In this document: piece by piece, positions 1 to 64,000 of the stretch | Layout: every line of letters begins with the position of its first letter | How positions within the stretch are numbered: position 1 is the first letter of the stretch | Program-made: the position numbers and the translations under genes | Assembly (NCBI RefSeq): GCF_006345805.1 | Contig: NC_043001.1 | Span: 66,960,001-67,024,000, forward strand | Reading direction: 5' to 3' | DNA length: 64,000 nucleotides | Source of the DNA: Octopus sinensis | Lineage: Eukaryota | Notes under the pieces: model-generated | What the model was told of the DNA's origin: nothing | The model's input: the letters and a program-made list of their open reading frames with translations, nothing else | The model's database searches: none

Positions 1-214
1 TGTTTTTATTCTTTGTTTAAATATGTTAAATCATATGTATGTGTAGATGTATATGTATGTATCTATATATATAATTTCGTCATTTGTCTGAAGTTGTTTT
101 GTCTATCATTTATGTTTACACTATTATATGATACTTGCATTATATTATATATATATATATATAAGACTTGTGAACCAACCTATATTATCTTGCAGTATTT
201 TTTTCCAGCTCTTC

Positions 215-372
215 ATGTTCTGAGTTCAAATCCTGTTAAAACCAACTTTGCCTTTCATTACTACCACTCTTGGGTCCATAAAATGAAATACCAGTCAAGC
301 ACTGGGGTTGATGTAATTGACTTACTACATCCCACATCCCAAAATTGCTGGCTTTGTATCAAAATTTGAAAC

Positions 373-403
<31 letters not shown>

Positions 404-620
404 TAAGGTAGATAGCTGGCAAAATCATTAGCACACCGGGTAAAATGCTTTGTGGTACTTCATCTATCTTTACATTCTGAATTCAAATTCTGCCAAGGTC
501 AACTTTGCCTTTCATCCCTTCAGGGTCAGTAAAATAAATACCAGTTAAGCAATGGAGCCGATGTAATTAACTAATCTCCACCCAACCAAAAAAATTTCAG
601 ACCTTATGCCTATAGTAGAA
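215..620 (+). mobile_element. Two adjacent SINE copies (tRNA head plus Meta-like central domain)
   Basis: Shared core ttctgagttcaaat...caactttgcctttcat...taaaat.aataccagt...actggggttgatgtaattgact. The same family recurs at ~25915-26320, 38975-39190, 42225-42345 and 43840-44300. Confidence 0.7.
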
Positions 621-769
621 AGGATTTTACTTCTTGTTTGCTCTGGTTGATTCTATGAGAGCGGACAGCAGCTTGTTGTCAGAAGTGCCATAGGGTCTCT
701 TCCTACTCATTATAAGCTTTGATACTTGGTTGGAAAACATTCAACATTATTATTAACAACTCAGGTTTC

Positions 770-1010
770 ACATTATTTACATTTGACAGATATTTGTCCT
801 CATCTTGTTTGTTGTTAACACGATGTTTTGACTGATATACCCTCCAGCTTTCATCAGGTGTCTTGGGGAAATTTCAAACCTGGGTTCTCATTCCTAAGGT
901 ATTTTTCGATGTTATTATTTTTATTATCCAAGTCACTGCCTAAAATCAAACTCGGAATCTTGGGGTTTGTAGCCCGTGCTCTTAACCACTATGCCATATG
1001 CCCGTGGGCA
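770..1010 (-). mobile_element. tRNA-derived SINE with hammerhead-like (Penelope pLTR-like) tail
   Basis: Minus strand has A box GGCATAGTGGTTAAG and a degenerate B box GAGTTTGATT. The tail contains GACAC-CTGATGA-...-CAAAAC-ATC-GTGTT (817-862). Confidence 0.6.
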
Positions 1011-1059
1011 ATTATGGTGTGAATTTTTAGGGCTTATAAATCTAATATCTTCCTATCCT

Positions 1060-1410
1060 TCCTTAATACAAGTTCCTATATGCTATTCATATCTGCACTT
1101 GGTCTGCTTAGGAGGTTGTTGTGTCCTAGCATATGTACTGCTTCTTTTAGTTTTTGTATTTTCCAGTGGTGTTCTCTGTCTATTATTTTAACTTCACCCC
1201 ACAGGGGGAGGTGGTCTCCATTTTTCCATACATGATCAGCTATACCTAATTTATCAATATATCCTCGTGTCACAGCTTTGCGATGTTCCTCTACCCTTAT
1301 TTTGAGGGGGCGGCATGTTTTGCCTTTGTATAACCTATCACAGCTGCATGGGATGGAGTACACACAGTTTTTGGTCATTTTCTCTTCTATTGATGGTTTT
1401 GTTGGAACTC
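1060..1410 (-). mobile_element. Penelope-like element relic, GIY-YIG endonuclease domain
   Basis: ORF 1378-1076: KNCVYSIPCSC..YKGKTCRPLKIRVEEHRKAV...IADHVWK...VKIIDREHHW...LKEA, the typical PLE GIY-YIG pattern. Confidence 0.85.
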
Positions 1411-1429
1411 CTGGAGTCTTGCATACATT

Positions 1430-2560
1430 GTGGGCTTGCTACCTGCAGCCTATGGTACCATGTTATCTGTTCTTTCCAACTATCTAGTATATTCCTGATG
1501 ATTCTGGCCATGTCCAAGGACGCAAACTTTTGTAACAGTTCTATTGGCACTTTATTCTGATCTCTTTTTTATTCCTCTTCATGCCTTCTGATACTGTGCA
1601 CAAAGACCCAACAATAATTAACACTATCTTCACCTTTTCCACACTCAAACTATCTCATATTTAAGAGGGTTGTATTTGTTTATTTTTTTGTCTTCCTTCT
1701 TCACTATTCATGTGTGAAAGGGGCACACAACATCAATTATACAGCACATGTGGTTCACTTTTTCCACCACCACCACCACCACTAGGTCCGGCTTGTTGTA
1801 CTCTAGTACCTGGTTTGTTTGGATTGGGAAATCCCACAGAATTTTGCAGGTCTCTGACTCCGCCTCTCTCTGTGGTTTGTGCTCATACCATGTCTTGCTT
1901 CTCTCTAACCCCCACTTTTCACAAAGTTTCCAACATAGCACTTTCACTGCTTCATTGTGTTGCCACAACTTATTTTGGTTTTGGATGAGTTGACGATGTT
2001 CATTCACAATACAGGCAATGGTTTCATCAACTCTATTACAGATTTAGCACAGTGGGGATACTTATTTATTTTCAAGGTTGACCCTCCAATTTGTAGCCAG
2101 AGTTTGGTCTTGCGCTGGCAGTATTGTGTTCTCAAACTCTTTTTTCAGTGTTTCCCTCTTCAACCAGTCCTTCCTATGTTTTCCAAGCAACATCAGTTGT
2201 GATTACATGGAATTGACTGTGTGGTTCCTTATTGCATACTGTTTCATCATGTCCATCTTGTTCATTTTGTTTTCTTTTCCTTTTTCCTGGTTCCAATCTG
2301 TTCTCATCTCTAACTGCCCCTAACAAGGTTTCCTCCTTTTGGGGGTATATACCCTCAGCATATTCCCAAGTTCAATATGCACACAGTCTTCCACACTTAT
2401 CAGTCCCCTTCCTCCATTTCTCTCTTCATGTATAGGCAATCAGTGCCTGCACATGGATGATGGGCTCCATGCATTGTTAGGAGCTTTCTTGTCTTCCTGC
2501 CCAACTTCTTTAGTTCATCCTCTGTCTACTTTAGAATTCCAGCACCATACTGAATGACTG
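1430..2560 (-). mobile_element. R4/Dong-like non-LTR retrotransposon relic (zinc knuckle plus restriction-like endonuclease)
   Basis: Broken minus-strand frames give AQDQTLATN...SPLC*IC...ETIACIV (decayed CCHC), HNEAVKVLCWKLC...WYEHKP...KILWDFPIQT...KPDL...IIDVVCP, KYE, and ELLQKFASLDMARIIRNILD. Stops and frameshifts are present. Confidence 0.8.
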
Positions 2561-2586
2561 CGGTATTATTATTATTATTATTATTG

Positions 2587-3090
2587 AGTGAGAGAGCAGT
2601 GTATGCCATCAAAGTGACACTGGGGTAAAATATACGAAGCCCAATATACCCATCATGACTACCCATCTGATAAAGGTACACCAGGCACATGCATCACAAC
2701 CATATGTGCGCGACATGGTGATCTCATATCAAGATAAACAACACATGACCTTGCAGGTGGGGCCCAGTTAGAATTTTCTTCAGGTTGAGTAGCCCATCCC
2801 GCTCAAAAGGTCCCTGAATAAGGGTTGTTTAAGGATGTTGAAAGAACCACCCATGTTTCCAGAGGTGAATTATTCAAACCCCAAAGAATCCCTCTCAACA
2901 CATGGCTATGATGCTCCCCCACTACTTCTGCTCATGATCAGAGATGCACATATCGTCAGCCACTAAGGGACATACTCAACTGGATAAGGTCAAACAACTG
3001 ACAAGCAAATCTGTGGTATTGAGCAGAATATTTGCTGTAGCCCATCTTTTATACCAAGACAAAACAATGTACATGATAACACTTCCAATC
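2587..3090 (-). mobile_element. ~500-bp SINE-like interspersed element flanked on both sides by (TTA)n
   Basis: High-complexity block between (ATT)n arrays at 2565-2586 and 3091-3131; the minus-strand 3' end runs into (TAA)n. Confidence 0.5.
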
Positions 3091-3133
<43 letters not shown>

Positions 3134-5261
3134 TGAAACTATTATAACTACTGTATTGCTGTTATCATAAAAATCTTCATTATATAGAAAGTTGTTCTGC
3201 TGTTTTCAATACAACTACAAGGATGTGTGAGTACTTTCTGCTTTCTAACACCTTTGTCTTACACATTAATATGAGCAATATGTGTAATATTAGTCATTAT
3301 TGTTATTGTTGTATTCACCTGAATTGTTATAGTTCATCACTTGGTGTGTCTCAGACAGAGAACAAGTTAAGCTACATTGTGATCAATTAAACCTGCAGGA
3401 ATCAGGTAGACAGAGGAAAACTATATTTATTACATTTAATTAAGTACATTTCAATTAAGTGGTTAATGAGACAACAAACAAGAGAATATCAAATGACCTT
3501 TACACTCTTCTCTTAGATCAATGAGACAGATGTGGTCTATGTCCAGCTTGACCTGTTGTTGGTCCCAGTCTGTAGAAACAAGCAATAAGTCTTTTGATTT
3601 TCCTTTTATAGAAATATATTCTACAAGGGATATGTGCACCACTTCTTACAACTATACCTTATATTTTAAGTTATATCATCTACCACTGATCCCTCCCCAA
3701 TACTCACTACATTCGCACCTAATCTCACTTTTGTAATCATTGCCTCCTCACACTTCCTGATTTTATAGTTTCACACTCTCTTCAATCCATTATCTTGTAC
3801 ACACTGAGGGCACACTTTGACACCTCATCACTACCCTCTTTATCTCTCTTTCCATCTCCACTCCAGTTACTCCCAATCACCATTATTAACGTAGAGTAGC
3901 CATTTACTTCTCTGCCGCAACAAATGTGTTCTTTTCTTTTCTATCATACTTTAAACCCCTCAACACTTCACATACAGCTGCCTCCCTTTCTACTATTCCC
4001 CTAATTAAAGAAGCTCTTCAGTCTTGCAAGTTACATGGCTAGTGCTGGTTCCATGAGAAAAGCATGCAGTACATTCAGTAAAGTAGCATTAAGAAGAACA
4101 TCTAGTAGAAACCCTGCAGAAAATGAGGTGCAGGAGCAAGATATGGTCCTCCAACCCACTGAATTCTGTCAAACCATCCATCCCTTGCCAGCAGGAAAAA
4201 CAGATACAAGGATGGTAATTCCCTAGTCTATTGTATTTTGACCAGCATATTGAAATTGATTCTACCATCTGGAATTGTCCAATGTTTTGGATTTTGTATT
4301 TCCTAATTCTGCTGCTTGGCTAATTTGTGTAATTCATTCACATACATATTATTGTCCAGATGGGCACGCCTGCCATGTGTAAATGTGTCTGTGAGTATGT
4401 TGTCATCATTATCATTTAACTTCCAACCTCTATGCAAATATGGATTAAATGATTTGTTGGGATCTAATGAGTAGAAAACCTATGTCCATGGTCTAGTGTC
4501 TATTTGGCATGGTTTATATGACGGAATGCCCTTCCTAATGCCAACTAACCACTTCACAGAGAATACACTCATGAAATATGTTGTATACATATACATATGT
4601 GTGTTCACAGTTCACACACACACACACACACACACATATATACTTACTAATTAAACTCTAGGTATAAGGAAATTTTTAAAAATCAAATTTTACCAATTAA
4701 GTTAATATGAAGTGTCTCCCATACAGACTAGTGATTAACTTCAAAGTCTTCTCTTGAAGACTGGAACATTTTGCAAGTTCACTTGCTTTTCACTGTACTG
4801 CACCTTGTCTTGTGAGTAAGTCTATGTTAGAAAACAGCAAACACCAGTAGTTGTTCACCAATATTTCAAGCTTACCTTACTTTCACAGTTTCATATATAT
4901 GTGTGTGTGTAATTTTGTTTTTATTTTTTATTTTTTTATTTTTTTATTTGCAGGTAACTGTTTGATGTTTGCCTGTTTGTTTTTCTGTCTCTTCAACTCA
5001 CGGAGTTGTGTGTGGGTGTGTGTGGGGGTGTAAATGTGTGGGGGTGTAAATGTGTGGGTGTTGTAAGTGACTAATTTTGTTTTTAATACCAGTAAAGTTA
5101 TTTAAAATTTCTATTATTGAATTTCTGTTGTGGAGACAATATAAATTTTTTGCAGTGGCAAAGTCTTTTGACCACATTACCGAGTGCATATAATGACTCT
5201 CTCTCACACCCACCCACATATATACACATGTGTGTAATTATATATATATATATATATACAC

Positions 5262-5610
5262 TGACATATATGGTAAGAAGTTTGCTTTCCAACCACATGG
5301 TCTTGGGTTCAGACACACTGCATGGCACTTTGGGCAAGTGTGTTCTACTAAATCAAAGTAGAATCAGACCAATCAAAGACTTGTGTGTAGTTTTAGTAGA
5401 CTGAAACTAAAAAAAGTCTGTTCTGTGTGTGCATGTATATGATATATGTATGTATAGGTATACATCTATGTGTGTGTTTGTCTTCTACCACTGCCTGACA
5501 ACTGGTGATCCTCATAACTTAGAATAAGTACCAGGCTTTAAAACAGTAGATACTGGCATCAATTCATTCAGCTTGGACCCTTCAAGCCAGTGCACCAGTT
5601 GAATGACTAA
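5262..5610 (+). mobile_element. tRNA-headed SINE family A (CORE-like TTGGGCAAGTG block, internal TA/TG microsatellite)
   Basis: Matches the better-preserved copy at 13397-13788. Confidence 0.7.
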
Positions 5611-5929
5611 AATATGTAAAATATAGAAGTGTGTGTATGTGTGTTAGGTTGTATTAAATATAGTATATGTGTGTTAGTGTTAGCTGTATTAGAGCTCATG
5701 AATTCCAAATTATTCATAGTGTTGCAGACAAAGAGTAATGTATTTCAATAAAACAGATTATTTTTCTACTTGAATTGATCTGAATGAAAATTATCTGTGA
5801 AAAATAATTTGGAAAAGAAATGAGTCCTTTTTAAACCTTGAGAAAAATAGAAAAGAAGTCTTTAGTGGAAAAGAAGTCTTTGGTGTGATTCTAAAAACAA
5901 CATTGATGTTACCTTATGTTATGGTGATG

Positions 5930-6150
5930 AGTATAAGTGAAGCTAGGTTTAGAGTGAGTGGAGTAAGTAGAGCTAGGTTTGACTGTGTGGAGTTAGGTTT
6001 GACTGTGTTGTATTAGTGGAGCTATGTTTATTGTGCTTAACTTCATGTGAGTGGACTTATGTTATTACGTATAGAATTATGTTTATTAATGAGCTAGAAG
6101 TGTGAGAGGAGCTATGCTTGTTAGTGAGCTATGATATGTGCAAATGGAGC
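5930..6150 (+). repeat. Degenerate minisatellite (GTGGAGCTAGGTT-like units)
   Basis: Recurrent gagctaggtt/gagctatg units at ~19-30 bp spacing. Confidence 0.5.
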
Positions 6151-6304
6151 TGTTGAATAATACGCATGTTCTTTGTATACTTTTCACTGGACCAGTTTCT
6201 ATTCCTTTAATGTCATAACTTTCACTCTTTGGTTAAGTCTGTCAGACTTAATTAAAATATCAAATTAATTTTATGTCATAAACTCTGTCTTGTCCTTGTT
6301 TTAG

Positions 6305-60671
<54,367 letters not shown>

Positions 60672-60718
60672 TGGACTCAGTGTCTACACTCCACTTTTAT
60701 CCTAACAGATAAATATGC

Positions 60719-60750
<32 letters not shown>

Positions 60751-60825
60751 ATGTATATATATATATATATTTTGTTTTGCAAAATAGTGGTTTTGTCTCA
60801 AATAATATTTTATATATATATATAT

Positions 60826-60856
<31 letters not shown>

Positions 60857-61038
60857 TGTGTACATGTATGTATATGGTAAGCCAAGAGGCAGGAGAAACT
60901 AATTACAAGTGTAGAATAGTCCCATGTGTCTGAGATTTGATGAGATAAATTTCTGTAATATCCAGCTCTTTCATAAACCAATATCCCCTCCACTTCTTTT
61001 TACATCAATCTACATGTTTGTGGTAATAATCTGCTGGG

Positions 61039-61099
<61 letters not shown>

Positions 61100-61589
61100 T
61101 TTTGTTTGTATATATGGTCATCTACATTTTGTAACATAACTAGTTCTTGCAATCAATCAACTCTTGCTCAGACTATTGAGATAACTCATATTAAGCAGTG
61201 AAATTAGTCTTTACACCTCCACAAACACCACGACAACCACTTACAACAACAACATCACTGTATAACTTTAAATTGTATTGTGTGCATCAGTGAGTGTGTG
61301 CATGCTGTTGATTGTGTAACTTTCATTAGAATTGGGATTTTAAAATAATAACTTTTATTTTGTAATCAGTTTACATATGTAATTGACTTTTTAAAAATAT
61401 TCGAAATTTCTTAAGTTATTCGGAGTTTATATTAGAGAAGTGAACTAAAACACACTCAGAGAATATGTAATGTTTATAGACAAGTATATACCACTGATAA
61501 AAATGTCTAGTATATTCTCTTTTCTCTTATCTATTTTATTTCTTCTTTCTAAAACAATAACAAAAGAAACAATATAAAACACATATCCC

Positions 61590-61919
61590 AATAAACTATA
61601 TGGATGTGGAGTTCAGTGTAGATGCTATGATTTCTTACTGGTAAATTTTAAGTGAACTTATATTGTTGCTTTTTATGACAAAACATTGTTTTGTTTTTTA
61701 GATTTGTTACAGTCTTCATACAATATTGAAATAATATATATTGGAAGATGGTCTTTTCTTCCAGTTGTATGTTGGTTCAGTTCTTTTTTTGTTTGTTTAT
61801 TTCTAACTATAGTATTTTCCACTGTAAATTGTTAATGATGGACATGGTACATACATCTTTCTCTTTCTTCCAACATGAAATATCAATATCAAATATCAGT
61901 TTTAGCCTGACACAATAAA
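61590..61919 (+). promoter_or_regulatory. Candidate polyadenylation signals of the PHLDB 3'UTR
   Basis: AATAAA at 61590-61595 and 61914-61919 downstream of the stop. Which is used cannot be determined from sequence. Confidence 0.3.
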
Positions 61920-62017
61920 AAGAAATGACATTTTGATGGGGAAAATATTGTAAATATGTGTTTTTGTTAACCACCCACAATTCAGTTTGTATGTATGTTT
62001 GTATGTGTGTGTGTGTG

Positions 62018-62093
<76 letters not shown>

Positions 62094-64000
62094 GTATCTA
62101 TATATATATTACATATGTGTATATGTATGTATCTAATTGTGTATAAATATTTGAAAATATTAAAATGGGGCAGCAAAATAGTATTGAGAGAGGAATTCTG
62201 TGATTGTGATTCCCAATTATGAAAACTGTTGTATTCTTTCAGTAATTAATGCTGCTCATTTGATATTATTACAAAGACATTCTTTCTTGCTATTCACAGG
62301 TTGTGCTATACACTTTTCACTATTATTGCCTTCCATGCACACACACACACACACGTGTTGTGTGTATGTAGATATATATATATATATATATGTATGTATG
62401 AGGACACTTTCCCCTGCCAGCCCCCACACCAATTGTATCTCTACTACCACCAACTGTAGCCCTACAATTACTACCACCACTATATCAGTACTCTATATTT
62501 TACTAATTTCTTGTCATTTTCTCATCTGAGAAAGACAGAAAAAAAAAACAGTACACAAAATATATAAAGAAAAAATAACTTTTCGAAATTTCTTTGATAA
62601 TTTTCCATTAAACCACAACAAAAAAATAAAAATACATGAAGATTATTTCAAGATTATTCCAAGATTAGAGAAAAGAAAATAAAGAATTATCCTTAAAACC
62701 AGAAAAAGGAATGTGTGTGTGTGTGTGTGTGCATGCATTATGTATGTATGTGTGTGTATATATATGGTGAAAGAAGAAAAAGACAACTGAATACTGAAAT
62801 CTACATCGGTACTTATATACACAAAGTCTATATGTACATACATGTATATACATGTATGCTATCTTGATAAATTAAATTTCACACATAAACATCATATTAA
62901 GAGTTCAGTATAAAGCTGAATGCATGTCTAAGTTTGTATGTGTGTGGTGTTTGTACAAAATATAGGCTCTGGAGAAACATGATTTCAATTGTATTAGAAT
63001 TGTTTGACTTTGTCTATTGGTAAACCAATTTCACTGTGTCTGCAACTTCAAATGAGATGTTCTCCACAGACAGCTGCAGTTTATTTTTGATGTTCTTCCT
63101 AATAGTGTAAGTGTGTTGGATTTTTGCCAAACAAATGATTCGAGGGCCACAATTCTTTTCAACAAGCTGTTTTCTTTTACCAATAATCACACCGCCGACA
63201 ATAATCTACACTTGCATCATCTTTCCACAGACCTCTTTCCACACTAACTTTGTTCTTTGTTTTACCATCAATATGCAGATTTTCATAACAGCATTACCTG
63301 CAAATGACCCAATTGTTGCATATACATTCACTTTGTAAATCCTCTCTCAGTTTGGATATATATATATGAATTATAAACAGTAAAATAAATCATATTTATC
63401 TTTGTGTATTTATTGGTGATATTTCTTTTCTAAATGTTTCTAAATTTCAGGCACTTTTTTTTTAAAAAAAACATTCTTTTTCTACTGGATCTGTAGAAAA
63501 TGGGCCATGCTTACCACCTTCACAGTCACTCCAAATCTGATCATATTAGTATGGTTTATTGGTAAGGCCAAACCAGTAAAATAGCCTCTCTGTGATTGCT
63601 CTACTTGCTAAAAAGAGCTGCTAAATTCACACATTACACATGCCCTATGTATATTTAATCATTCATGCATGAGATATTCCTTTAAAAAAAAGACAGAATT
63701 GTTATGGAGACCTTTGATCATAGCTCTGCACACTTTGGGTTAACATGGGACTAAACAACAACAGGATAAATGACAATTGTAATGATTTAAATCTGACAAA
63801 TTAATTTAAAGAACTAATTAAAAACTTATTAAACAATTAATGTCATTCATTTTAAGTTTGTCATCAGAGATTTTAAAGAAGTGTTCTGTATACTTCATTA
63901 AATGACTTGTTGATCATTGTTTAATCTGGTGGCAAGGGCTGTACCTTAAATCTTCACAGACCCTCCAAGACCAAATCCTAACAGAGTCGATGGCTTAATT

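Noticed and set aside
935-1005. tRNA gene call for SINE heads (also at 13397, 45121, 51631 and others)
   Set aside because: A/B boxes are present but there is no complete cloverleaf, and each head is attached to a SINE body.
3333-3405. Possible upstream PHLDB exon (…DREQVKLHCDQLNLQES|gtagac)
   Set aside because: The open frame ends in phase 1 while exon 6305 starts in phase 0, the phase-0 frame has a stop, and the donor is weak.
4035-4226. 63-aa ORF as a possible exon
   Set aside because: Overlaps a decayed RTE-type SINE tail (aaaccatccatcccttgccagca...) and has no convincing splice sites.
60672-62000. SECIS element that would make the UGA at 35600 selenocysteine
   Set aside because: No AUGA/GA quartet with apical AA stem was seen by eye. 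A SECISearch run would be needed to exclude it.

Overview
AT-rich, microsatellite- and SINE-dense eukaryotic genomic DNA. The repeat families look cephalopod (Octopus-like); this is an inference. The window holds the 3' part of one plus-strand gene, a PHLDB/LL5-family protein (coiled coils plus a C-terminal PH domain). Five phase-consistent coding exons were found (6305-6491, 8078-8267, 48239-48335, 55575-55721, 60234-60671), giving about 352 aa in the window; the N-terminus lies upstream. The ~40 kb intron (8268-48238) contains an extra coding-like exon at 35584/35618-35751 with a CxxC motif, a candidate alternative terminal exon at 12474-12600, and many transposon relics: RTE, CR1-like and other RT LINE fragments, two mariners, Helitron/Helentron pieces, TTAA MITEs and an LTR end with a PBS. 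R4/Dong and Penelope relics lie upstream of the first exon found. The most notable findings are (i) an apparently intact minimal hammerhead ribozyme with a U3-A8 core covariation at 22365-22412 (minus strand), plus a decayed hammerhead in a tRNA-headed SINE at 817-862; (ii) the 168-nt frame-preserving exon with a single in-frame UGA, which could be an internal start for a ~271-aa mini-LL5, a poison exon, or a recoded exon; and (iii) a perfect 27-bp hairpin at 21616-21672. All calls were made by eye with no database searches.
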